The notes under the pieces: generated by a model
Database searches by the model: none
What the model was told of the DNA's origin: nothing
What the model saw: only the letters and a program-made list of their open reading frames with translations
In this document: in pieces, positions 47,754 through 56,822 of the stretch
Layout of the letters: every line of letters starts with the position of its first letter
How positions within the stretch are numbered: the first letter of the stretch is position 1
Position numbers and translations under genes: made by a program
Assembly (NCBI GenBank): GCA_963809665.1
Contig: CAWEKC010000002.1
Location: forward strand, 1 to 56,822
Source: Candidatus Gottesmanbacteria bacterium
GTDB lineage: Bacteria; Patescibacteriota; Microgenomatia; UBA10105; UBA927
Direction of reading: 5' to 3'
DNA length: 56,822 nt

Positions 47754-48865
47754 GAGGCGCCTCCTACTTGTTCGAGAACTTCAAGCGTCTTCTTTGCGGC
47801 TTTGTCCCATGTAAATTTTTTCATTTGGGTTAATCCTTCATTTACTCGGGTTCTTCCCTGTATTAAATTTCTCTCCCGCACTGCAGTGAGAAGCCCGCCT
47901 GCGATACTTTTGGCGCTATCCGCATTCACATAAATCCCCGCTTTCCCTGCTATTTCCGGCAGGCTGGAAACATCAGAAACTACCACGGGGCATTTGTATG
48001 CCATTGCCTCCAGAACCGGCAGCCCGAATCCCTCGTACAGGCTGGGCAGGGCAAAACAAACAGCGTGCTGATAAAAAGAGGGGAGCTCACTATCCGGTAC
48101 AAAATCCAGGAATTTCACATGCTGCGCGACTCCGAATTTCTCCGGGGCGGCAAGTATATCCTCATACAGCCAGCCTTTCTTCCCGATTATAACCAACTGA
48201 AGATCAGAAAACTTCTGGCGGTTTAGCTTCAAAAATACACTGAAGGCTTCGATCAATCTTGTATAGTTTTTCCTGGGCTGAATCGTCCCGACGGATAGGA
48301 TGAAATTACGGCTTATGCCGTATTTAGCTGGAATTGGCGACACTTGGGCCATAGTGAATCCGGGATACGTCACCACGACGGTATCAGCCGGAACGTGATA
48401 CTCTTTGATTATATCATTTTTACTGGCCTCACTTATTGTAAAAATCTTTCTGGTATGGGCTACGGCATATGCCGTCCAGTGCCTCAGCTGATATAAATCT
48501 TTTGTTCTGAAAAGATCCGGAAATTTGAGATATGACACATCCATGATCGCCATTACCCGCGGAACCGAATTAAACCGCGGTATATAGTGTGTCGGGGAAT
48601 ACATAACATCAAGATGCTCTCTTCTCATGGCCAGGGGTAATCCGATTACTGTCCAGAGTTTACCGGGCCCCGTAACACGATATTTCCAAAAATCCGTTTC
48701 CGCAGGCATATCAGGGAGCGGCGCAGTCGGTAAAAAAACTACGACGTTAACATTTTTTTTGTTTTCGATTATACGGTAGATATGCCGGAGCATTTCGAAT
48801 GCATACTGCCCTATTCCGACCCTCCTGGTTACATTAGCTTCATACCCGTCAATACCGATCATCAT
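47750..48865 (-). CDS. GT4 glycosyltransferase, full length
   Basis: GIDG, VGTIQPRKN, YEGFGLPVLEAMA. Confidence 0.92.
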   Translation of the reverse strand: MMIGIDGYEANVTRRVGIGQYAFEMLRHIYRIIENKKNVNVVVFLPTAPLPDMPAETDFWKYRVTGPGKLWTVIGLPLAMRREHLDVMYSPTHYIPRFNSVPRVMAIMDVSYLKFPDLFRTKDLYQLRHWTAYAVAHTRKIFTISEASKNDIIKEYHVPADTVVVTYPGFTMAQVSPIPAKYGISRNFILSVGTIQPRKNYTRLIEAFSVFLKLNRQKFSDLQLVIIGKKGWLYEDILAAPEKFGVAQHVKFLDFVPDSELPSFYQHAVCFALPSLYEGFGLPVLEAMAYKCPVVVSDVSSLPEIAGKAGIYVNADSAKSIAGGLLTAVRERNLIQGRTRVNEGLTQMKKFTWDKAAKKTLEVLEQVGGAS

Positions 48866-49404
48866 AATGAAATCCCCGGATAAACGACATGGAGTCTCGT
48901 GTCAGGGATATGCAGTAACTGCGCGATGTCATTTTTTGTAGACTCGCTGTCGCAGAATATCGCTTTGCATTCTTTTTTTACCCATCCCAGGCGCCGCGAA
49001 TGTGTGGCGACAATACGTGCGTCCATCTCTTTTGGGAATACCATGGTTGAAAGATCGTGAATAGTCGTCACGCCTCTGGCCGCTTTAAGCGGAGGTTGTG
49101 TCCAGTCGCTTGACCAAAATACGTCAACCGGGCCGGTAAATGTTTCGACCGGGATGATGTGGAATTGATTCCAGAGAATATCCAGTACGACCGGTGGCAA
49201 TGGAATGGTTACCAATTCCGCTCGTGAATGCGGCAGCGTAGAATAAAATGTTTGAAATACACTTCTCCGCCTGACAGAAGCCCCGAACAGTACATAGTCG
49301 TTTTTTGTATCACTCCTCAATAATGACGTAACCACGCTACGTACGTATGTCCCCACGCCGGTACCCTCATACACTATCTGGCTGATATCAATACCTATTC
49401 TCAT
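48862..49404 (-). CDS. Stand-alone N-terminal domain of a GT4 glycosyltransferase
   Basis: MRIGIDISQ..GTGVGTY, TTIHDL, DSESTK.D; ends VVYPGISL* with ATGA coupling on both sides. Confidence 0.8.
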   Translation of the reverse strand: MRIGIDISQIVYEGTGVGTYVRSVVTSLLRSDTKNDYVLFGASVRRRSVFQTFYSTLPHSRAELVTIPLPPVVLDILWNQFHIIPVETFTGPVDVFWSSDWTQPPLKAARGVTTIHDLSTMVFPKEMDARIVATHSRRLGWVKKECKAIFCDSESTKNDIAQLLHIPDTRLHVVYPGISL

Positions 49405-50394
49405 TTTGTTTTGTACCCGTTCGGATGACTTTTGTGCCATTTCCATGCCGATGAAACAATCAGCTCTATATCGGAGTATTTTGGCTGCCACGTGAACTCA
49501 TTTTTGAAACCGTGTGGCATCGGCGACTAAACTATGCGGATCTCCCGCCCGGCGCCCTGACTTCCGGACCGCAAAATCTATACCGGTCACCTTTTTAACG
49601 GCTGCAACCATTTCCATATTTGTTGTCCCATGCCCGGTTGCAAGATTATATACGTCAGTTTTGTGCCCCTCTTTTAACGCTTCCAACGCCAGTAGGTGTG
49701 CTTCTGCCAGGTCCTCAATGTGGATATAGTCACGCAGACACGAGCCATCCCGTGTCGGATAGTCGGTGCCGTAGAGCAAAAATTCTTTCTGGCCTCCCAT
49801 TGCCGCCCGGATGGCAACCGGAATGATATGGGTTTCAGGGTCATGTGCCTCGCCGTTTGCACCATCCAATGCTGCACCGCACGCATTAAAATACCGTAGG
49901 CTGATGCTTCGTATATTGTGTTGATAATCCGTAACCCGCAATAATTCCTCAAAACACCATTTCGACAGACCATACGGACTCGTCGGGTTTTTGGCATGGC
50001 TTTCCGGTATAGGAATAACCACCGGATTTCCGTACACCGCTGCGCTGGAGGAGAAAATAATTTTATCAACACCGTGCTCCTGCATGACGGCAAGGAGATT
50101 CATAGGCGTGATAACATTATTTTCCATGTATTTGACCGGGTCGCGGACGGATTCTTCCACCATGAGATACCCTGCAAAATGGATGACCGCGTCGATCTTA
50201 TATTTGGAAAATACCGGATCCAGTGTTTGTTTATCTTTGATGTTACCTACTATAAGCGGCACGCCGACAGGTAACGCCTCTTTGTGGCCGTATTCGAGGG
50301 AATCCACGACGACCGGCGAGTACCCACGGGTAACAAGCATCCGCACCATATTGCTTCCGATATAGCCGGCTCCCCCGGTAACAAGAATATTCAT
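49401..50394 (-). CDS. galE: UDP-glucose 4-epimerase; one extra base at T5 49501-49505
   Basis: GGAGYIGS, HFAG, SSSAAVYG, YGLSK, LRYFN..GA, RDYIHI.DLA. Corrected C-terminus WQPKYSDIELIVSSAWKWHKSHPNGY. Confidence 0.95.
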
Positions 50395-50402
50395 GGATAG
50401 TG

Positions 50403-50624
50403 TTATTGTACCCTATCAGGTACGAAGAAGGAAAATAGAAGAAATGTAAAAACAAATGCCGCGCCGAACCACGTCAGGCGCTCTGCAGTAAAAAATATCC
50501 ACCCGGCAAAAAGCGGAATTGCCAGCATCCAGCTTATGAGTCCGGCAATTAAAAATATCCGGGGTTTTCTGAGTATAAGTAGGACAATGAATACCAGAAA
50601 AAAACCTATATCCTGTACCTTCAT
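50403..50624 (-). CDS. Small hydrophobic membrane protein (73 aa)
   Basis: ATGA-coupled to the upstream gene; MKVQDIGFFLVF..WIFFTAERLTWFG. Confidence 0.65.
   Translation of the reverse strand: MKVQDIGFFLVFIVLLILRKPRIFLIAGLISWMLAIPLFAGWIFFTAERLTWFGAAFVFTFLLFSFFVPDRVQ
50405..50410 (-). promoter_or_regulatory. -10 box TACAAT 10 nt before the galE ATG
   Basis: Matches the pattern of other start-proximal -10 boxes in the window. Confidence 0.4.
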
Positions 50625-51565
50625 TTTTTGTAGAACTCTATGGTTTTTTTGAGCCCGTCTTCTATGTTCACTTTCGGCTCCCATTGCAAGCGGGTTTTTA
50701 TCTTCGTAATATCCGGCTGACGCCTCGTAGGATCATCCTCCGGCAGGGCTTCGAAGGTAATTTTAGAAGAGGATCCTGTCAGCGTTAATATTTTTTGGGC
50801 GAGGTCTTTGACCATATATTCCCCGGGATTTCCGAGATTGAATATTTCACCTTTGAGATTGTCCCCGAACATGACGGCAAGAATTCCGGAGACAAGATCG
50901 GAAACATAGCAAAATGACCTGGTTTGGGTCCCTTCCCCGAACACCGTAAGAGGTTTCCCTTCAAGCGCCTGATTGATGAAGTTTGAAACAACCCGTCCGT
51001 CGTCTTTCCGCATCCTGGGACCGTATGTATTAAAAATCCGGATAATGCGGGCATCCAGACCGTATTTCCGTACATACACCATGGTGATTGCCTCCGCAAA
51101 GCGTTTCGACTCATCGTAGCAGGACCTCACCCCGTTTGGATTCACGTTCCCCCAGTATGTTTCTTTCTGCGGATGCTCGGCCGGGTCTCCGTATACTTCC
51201 GACGTTGATGCTTCCAGATACCTTGCCGTATTGGTTTTCGCCAGTTTCAGCATGTTTATCGTGCCGCCGGAGTTCACCAGTGCTATTTCTTCGGCAAGGG
51301 TTTTAAAATCCATCGGAGAAGCAGGAGATGCCAGGTTAAAAACATAATCTACATGGACGGAAATATCGGGAACTGATTCAATAATGTCGTGCCGTAAAAA
51401 CGAAAAATTCGGATTTTGTCCGGCTTGAGCAATGTTCGTTTCCGATCCCGTGACAAGATTATCTATACATATGACTTTGTGCCCTAACCCTAATAGTGCC
51501 TCGCACAGGTGTGATCCTATAAATCCGGCTCCTCCTGCGACTACGCTTGTCTTCCCGTCTGTCAT
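50621..51565 (-). CDS. UDP-glucuronate decarboxylase (UDP-xylose synthase)-like SDR
   Basis: GGAGFIGSHL, LASPASP, ASTSEVYGDP..HPQ.ETYWGNVNP.G.RSCYDESKR, RIFNTYGPRM..DDGRVVSNF. Start placed at MTDGK (51565). Confidence 0.9.
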   Translation of the reverse strand: MTDGKTSVVAGGAGFIGSHLCEALLGLGHKVICIDNLVTGSETNIAQAGQNPNFSFLRHDIIESVPDISVHVDYVFNLASPASPMDFKTLAEEIALVNSGGTINMLKLAKTNTARYLEASTSEVYGDPAEHPQKETYWGNVNPNGVRSCYDESKRFAEAITMVYVRKYGLDARIIRIFNTYGPRMRKDDGRVVSNFINQALEGKPLTVFGEGTQTRSFCYVSDLVSGILAVMFGDNLKGEIFNLGNPGEYMVKDLAQKILTLTGSSSKITFEALPEDDPTRRQPDITKIKTRLQWEPKVNIEDGLKKTIEFYKK

Positions 51566-51569
51566 ATGT

Positions 51570-52287
51570 TTATTGTAGCATACGAATACGGATTGCTCCC
51601 GCAAGCGACCGTACGAGTTCTTTCAGATTTGCATTAGAGGCACCGTATTTTCTATCCCGGAAAGTGATGGGAACTTCCGTGATAAGAAATCCGTTTCGCT
51701 TCAGTCTATATGCAATTTCCGACAGTGCGATAAATCCGGTTTCCCGAAGGTGCGCACGCAGTCAGAAATTCAGCTGCTTTCCGTGAATAGAGACGAAAGC
51801 CGTTTGTGTAATCCGTAATTTGTAATCCGAGCCATACATTTAAAAATGAATTAATTATCCTGCTCTGAATCAACCGGCGGCCCGGCCATTTTACGATACG
51901 ACTCTGTTTCAGGTAGCGCGATCCGATTACCAGATCTGCCCTGTTAGACACCGCCAGAAATCGGCCGAACTCTGCCGGTGAATGCGCCAGATCCGCATCC
52001 ATTTCGAAACAATACTGAATCTCCTTATGCGTGAGCGTTTCCGCTAATCCCGCTCGTACCGCGCTCCCCCTGCCCAATTTTTTCCCGCGTGATATAAGGA
52101 CAGTTTTCGGAAAATCCCGGCGCAGCATAGCCGACAATTGCGTTGCTTCGTCTGGAGAAGAATCGTCTACCACTACCACAAAAGCGTTAGGCAGATATCG
52201 GCGTATCTCTTTTAACAAAATCCGTAAACTTTGCCGTTCGTTGAAGGCCGGAATAATCACTGCGACCCCTGGTGTATTCATGCTCAC
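51570..52287 (-). CDS. Polyprenol-monophosphosugar synthase (DPM1/Ppm1-like GT2), frameshifted near 51760
   Basis: IIPAFNE, VVDDSSPD, EMDADLAHSP, GSRY, TNGFRLY. Corrected C-terminus GFIALSEI..EVPITFRDRKYGAS. Confidence 0.88.
51572..51580 (-). promoter_or_regulatory. Extended -10 (TGcTACAAT) 6 nt before ATG 51565
   Basis: Overlaps the upstream GT2 end (ATG CTA CAA TAA). Confidence 0.6.
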
Positions 52288-53291
52288 GGTTTTGAGAAAT
52301 AAAAATGCAAATGCGGATAGACATACAAAGCGTTTTGTTCATCCTGCAAATCCGCGACCAGATCATCAATTGACCGATACCTCTCAATTTTTCCTAAAGC
52401 CTCCCCGTTGTGCTGAAAAAGAAACAGCGCAGTCAGTAATTTCCGGATTGGCCACGGCATACGGAGAAAATATGCCGGTTCACAACTTATCACCTGCTGA
52501 AGTTTATATCCGGCTGCCTGAAGAGAGCGAAGAACCTCGATGGACTTTTTTGCATGGAGGAAAAATGCATGGAATTCCATTATGATATGCGCATTCCGTA
52601 GTTGCTTCAAAAACTGCATATTTCCGATGATCAGATTATATTCATACCCTTCGATATCACATCGCAATATGACATCACGTTTTGGAATATTATACGTAGA
52701 AAATAGAGTATGAAGGGTATACAACGAAACGATTTCCGTTTGTTGTGTAGTGTCGTTTACGGTAGATGTATCATCCTTGATTTTTGACAGGTTGTGCTCC
52801 GGCATGATGATCATTTCTGCTGTACCGTCACGATTACCGGCACCGATGTTTAGCGCCAGTATGTCTCTGACTTTATTTAGTTTAATGTTGAACCGCAATT
52901 CTTCAAATGTACTCTTTACCGGTTCCAGAGCATAAATATTCCCGCGGCCGCCAGCTTTCCGTACCGTGTCGCGGGTTAGCAGGGCGTAATAACCAATATT
53001 TGCACCTATACCGATATACGTTGCTATCGAATGTGCATGAGTCCCGATATAATTTTTAAAATACAAAGCGTTCGGATATTCCCGTAGGCTGTTTATATAA
53101 AGATCCTGTGAAATTCCGCCCAACCTGGCATTTATACGGAGCTTATACGATATGTCATCAACAGTAATGGTCTTTATTAAATGAGTGTCCCTCGTACGGG
53201 GACGCATGATTACCTTATACGGGATGTAGTAGAAAAGAAAATAGAATAGTCCGCGTGCGTACAGAGCAATGCGCTGAAGTATTTTTTTCAT
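52284..53291 (-). CDS. FkbM-family SAM-dependent methyltransferase
   Basis: IGANIGYY, ALEP, CDIEGYE, MEFH. Confidence 0.8.
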   Translation of the reverse strand: MKKILQRIALYARGLFYFLFYYIPYKVIMRPRTRDTHLIKTITVDDISYKLRINARLGGISQDLYINSLREYPNALYFKNYIGTHAHSIATYIGIGANIGYYALLTRDTVRKAGGRGNIYALEPVKSTFEELRFNIKLNKVRDILALNIGAGNRDGTAEMIIMPEHNLSKIKDDTSTVNDTTQQTEIVSLYTLHTLFSTYNIPKRDVILRCDIEGYEYNLIIGNMQFLKQLRNAHIIMEFHAFFLHAKKSIEVLRSLQAAGYKLQQVISCEPAYFLRMPWPIRKLLTALFLFQHNGEALGKIERYRSIDDLVADLQDEQNALYVYPHLHFYFSKP

Positions 53292-53292
53292 A

Positions 53293-55164
53293 TTACTGGA
53301 CTCTAAATACCAAAAAATCTGTGTCTTCGTATACCACAGAAGAAACTGACAACAGCTTCGCTACGTCCACGTGATATGGAAAATCTGTCTTAGTAAATCT
53401 GGGAACAAGTATATAACCAATACCCTCACGTTTAGCCAGAGCTATGTCTCCTGAGTAAATACGTTCAACCGAATCCGTCCGGATCTTCCATCCTATATTA
53501 CCAAAAAATCCGAAATAATTCTTCCGTCCCGCGAGTACGACCGGATCAATGATGTCCGCATACGATACAAATACATCATCCTTGATCGTATGAGTATGAA
53601 TCCATGAAATTATTGGTAAGATCTGTTTATTGACGATAGGAAACGCAAATTCATTTTTAATAGGCATCAGGTCAATAACACCGGATACGGTGAGTACCCC
53701 AAAAATTAAAATTGCCGTCAATTTCAATACCCGTGAACGCATTCGCCATATCCACACGACACCTATTGCAGCAAGGATATTAATACCGATAATGAGGAAT
53801 GAATAAAACTTCTGATCGAATCCCCGTTTTCCGAATCCTGCAAATATGCACTCCAATATAAAAAGCGTAAAGATCGGGAAGAATAAAACCCGTGATTTTT
53901 TAGGAAGCACCATATATCCAAGCCCTGCTATTATCGGAACGATTCCGAGATTCTGCCAAAGATAATCGATTATGGTCCATGTAGGCGTCTGCATGGAAGG
54001 GGTTTTGTTATTTATAACAGCTTTTACACCTAAATAGGACACTTCAGTTAATGCATGCATAATATTCGGCAAATTAATTATAAATCCGGCACCTGCTGCC
54101 GTAATGGCAAATATAGCAAACGCACTCCATTTTTTGTGTGAAAGCAGCAATATGGAAATAGTAAGAAAGACAAGGGGGCATATTGCAATATTCCAGAGAA
54201 ACAAAAATCCCGTAACGGCGCCGATCAATATGCTTACTTGGTATCGAATAGTCTTTTCACCTAAGGCTCTCAGTGTCAAAAGACAAAGAAAGAGCCCCAG
54301 AGCAATGGAAAATGCAAGGTGCCGCTGGTTCACATAATTATTGAGTGTTATGAATAGCGAAATAGTTGATCCGTCGAAGGGCCCGGCAAATGGATACCCG
54401 GGTAAATTCCAAATGGTATTTACCAATTTCCAAGATAGTCCTTTTTGCATAAGTACCTGCAAAAACGTCAGCGAGCTGTTAGTAACAGTGAGAAGAACCG
54501 CAATCCATCCGACAAAAGGTTCTTGCTTTGCTGCAATCTGCGGTAGAAAATATACGACAATCAGAAGTGCGGCAAAGGATAAGACACTCGGAATATTTAC
54601 CGCCCATACAATAGGTACTCCGAAGTATTCCCAAATTGCGACAAAAAATAAAAAGAAGAAGTTGTAAAAAAAGGGAGATCCTGACTCAAATGGCGATGTA
54701 AGCGGAATATTTGATCCCCACGAAAAGGAGCGGATGATCCCGAGGGCATGCCCGGAATCAAATATATTGTTACTCCCGACATACAATTGTCCGCTTGAGT
54801 CCCCATGAAATGTTTTAATCATCATCCACGAACTAAATGCGAGCGACAGAACGACAAGCGCAATATCGCTACAAGATAATCGTTGTTTATGAGTGTTAGG
54901 AATTTTGTTTTTCCAAAAAAATAATAGCAGCGCAATAAGTACGGTACTTAATACGGTCCCTAAGAAAATCGGGTAGGCGGTTTTGGCTACTAAGCAGGTT
55001 ATTCCATACGTAACAGGTACCCCGATCCCTGTACCGACGAGAAAAGCCCCAACAACGTTCAGAAGAACCGGAAAACCCGGCAACCATATTTTTATCGCTC
55101 TCGATCCCAGGGCATAGAGGGATATAAGATAAAGTACAAGAATACCTAAAAATGCAACCTGCAT
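53293..55164 (-). CDS. Large polytopic membrane protein, GT-C-like
   Basis: 623 aa; luminal DSGH loop, PF..G.PFFY, soluble C-terminus similar in layout to 344-2279. Confidence 0.65.
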   Translation of the reverse strand: MQVAFLGILVLYLISLYALGSRAIKIWLPGFPVLLNVVGAFLVGTGIGVPVTYGITCLVAKTAYPIFLGTVLSTVLIALLLFFWKNKIPNTHKQRLSCSDIALVVLSLAFSSWMMIKTFHGDSSGQLYVGSNNIFDSGHALGIIRSFSWGSNIPLTSPFESGSPFFYNFFFLFFVAIWEYFGVPIVWAVNIPSVLSFAALLIVVYFLPQIAAKQEPFVGWIAVLLTVTNSSLTFLQVLMQKGLSWKLVNTIWNLPGYPFAGPFDGSTISLFITLNNYVNQRHLAFSIALGLFLCLLTLRALGEKTIRYQVSILIGAVTGFLFLWNIAICPLVFLTISILLLSHKKWSAFAIFAITAAGAGFIINLPNIMHALTEVSYLGVKAVINNKTPSMQTPTWTIIDYLWQNLGIVPIIAGLGYMVLPKKSRVLFFPIFTLFILECIFAGFGKRGFDQKFYSFLIIGINILAAIGVVWIWRMRSRVLKLTAILIFGVLTVSGVIDLMPIKNEFAFPIVNKQILPIISWIHTHTIKDDVFVSYADIIDPVVLAGRKNYFGFFGNIGWKIRTDSVERIYSGDIALAKREGIGYILVPRFTKTDFPYHVDVAKLLSVSSVVYEDTDFLVFRVQ

Positions 55165-55166
55165 AA

Positions 55167-56822
55167 TTATTTCGTTCTTAGAATTACCAATATCCCCGCG
55201 CTTGTTACTATAAATAGTACACTAATGATAAGGCCGATATCCGTAAATAGCTGCTGCCGTACCAGCGATGCCGGGCGCTCCGATATAAAAGTAAATTGTG
55301 AATTTTCAAACACTGCGATTGAATGAAAAGCAGAATCCTGAACGAGCCGGGTATGCTGAAGCGATTCAATAAGTGCACGGCGCTCTCCTGCATCAAAACG
55401 GTAGTCGGTTAGAAATAACCGCCGCTCTACATCCTGCGGCACTACGACATACCGCACACCCGCACCTTCAAGTATAGACATAAAATCCTGCGTTCCTGCA
55501 AGTTTCATGATAGCCGACATCGACGCTGCCGGAAATAGTTGGTCTGCATACAACAGCGGGTGAACGTCCGACTCGAATGCAAATTTTTCCTGCTGAGGAA
55601 TCCACAGTGTTCGGGAAGGAACCGGATCTGCCGTCAATAGATTTTTAAGTTGCACATACTCCTGCGGAAGTTGCAGCGGTCGGAAGTTTCCCCTCACCCC
55701 GCCCAAAAATACCGCTCGGATGGTGAAAATCCAGAAAATAACAAATAAGACGGGCAGGATCTTTTTATTTATACGCTGCAGGACAAACGGAATAAGTACG
55801 GAGTACCCGATGGCAATACATACATAAAATTTCGTCGGGTCACGGAACATGACAAATCCCGGTACATGGGTAAACATCCATTGATAGACTGAACCGAACG
55901 GTTCCTGTACGCCTTTAGACAGAAATGCTCCAATGAGGGCCAGCAGGGCAAAAAAAGCTACCGGTTTTTTGCTTTCATATATTCGGTTTGACGAAAAACA
56001 ATGCTGAAAACGCGATGACCGGTAGCAATAGAAATTCCGGTTGTAAAAAGTAAACTTTACCGAACAGGTTTTCCGGCCAATTCGGATGCAGGAACGCCAG
56101 TGTATGCGAAAAGTCGGCAAAACTTAAAAAATGGAGCATTCCCGGATTGGTAAGGTCATTATCCAACCCGACCATTCCTCCCGCCTGCCAACATACCGGG
56201 TAAAATCCAGAATGCGTGGATTCCGGCGGCTATTATCAGAGGCACGCTGATGTCAAGGATAGATATCCAATAAATCTTTTATCCCGTGCTTTAACCTGAA
56301 TATCAGGTGGTACAATGCGACCACGCCTATTAGCAAATACGTAAACCGGAGGTCAAAGGCAGTCAGAAGTGCAAGAGCGAACCCGCGTCGTATCGAATCT
56401 GTATAGGAAAATCCGCGCAGCCCATCAAGCGATCTCATAAAAGCAATAAGTACGAGCGGCATGTATGCATATGCCCACGCGACGCCGAGTTGTCCGCCGG
56501 AAAACAGCAATAAAAAATAGGTATTGGTAACGTACACTATCGGAACGAGATAAATATAGGGCTTTTTGAAAAAGAATTTCCCGAACGTGTATGAGGCGTA
56601 TAGGGCAAGTACAACAGCACCCATCCACAAAAGTTTGTCCATCCACCACCAATTAAAACCCACGGATGAAAGAATTTTTATGACCAGCTGAAGCGTGTAA
56701 TCGTACCAAAGCCGGAATCCATGGTTCGCACCGAACCCTTCATCCGCACGCCATATAACAGGAAGCCATCCCAATTTTCTGATTGTTTCAGCAAAATAAA
56801 ACGGTCCGTCCCCGGCGGAAAA
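55167..56822 (-). CDS. Large membrane protein (YfhO/GT-C-like), 5' end outside the window, at least three frameshifts
   Basis: Pieces 56253-56774, 55975-56175 and 55167-56120 join via IHAFWILP, HPNWPEN and VPGFVMFRDPTKF. Confidence 0.6.

Noticed and set aside
49405-49491. N-terminal extension of the orphan GT4 domain (ORF called from 49491)
   Set aside because: This DNA encodes the frameshifted galE C-terminus; the real start is the ATG at 49404.
1-56822. tRNA, rRNA, CRISPR array, IS or transposase, integron
   Set aside because: No cloverleaf, regularly spaced repeats, terminal inverted repeats or recombinase motifs were seen by eye; intergenic spaces are mostly under 150 nt. A covariance-model scan was not run.

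Overview
Bacterial chromosomal window, probably Patescibacteria/CPR and Microgenomates-like. This is inferred from a short MurE, an alpha2-type GlyRS, DUF4012 and many polytopic GT-C-like genes. Four blocks: (i) 1-5.2 kb, membrane glycosyltransferase-like genes; (ii) 5.2-8.9 kb, a compact self-promoted nucleotide module: an NMP kinase resembling CMPK2/thymidylate kinase on +, converging on a translationally coupled operon on - (divergent class II ribonucleotide reductase-like protein > PfkB kinase > Gre factor); (iii) 8.9-34.2 kb, an enlarged division/cell-wall cluster from mraZ to ftsZ, with murA/B/C/D/E/G/I, mraY, GlmU-like, FemAB-like, DgkA, PgeF and a DegT aminotransferase, preceded by recO and glyQS; (iv) 34.2-56.8 kb, a surface-glycan cluster. 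The best candidate for an undescribed system is block (ii). The RNR-like protein keeps the three catalytic Cys and the Glu. However, it has Pro at the catalytic Asn position (TPPCSE instead of TNPCxE), lacks the specificity-effector loop and lacks C-terminal redox cysteines. Hypothesis (inference only): a viperin/CMPK2-analogous pathway making an unusual nucleotide, with the Gre factor as proofreading self-protection. The alternative is a streamlined deoxynucleotide salvage pathway. Many single-base indels, often compensating or in homopolymers, look like sequencing errors. No rRNA, tRNA, CRISPR array or mobile element was recognised. All homology calls are by eye from motifs; no searches were run.
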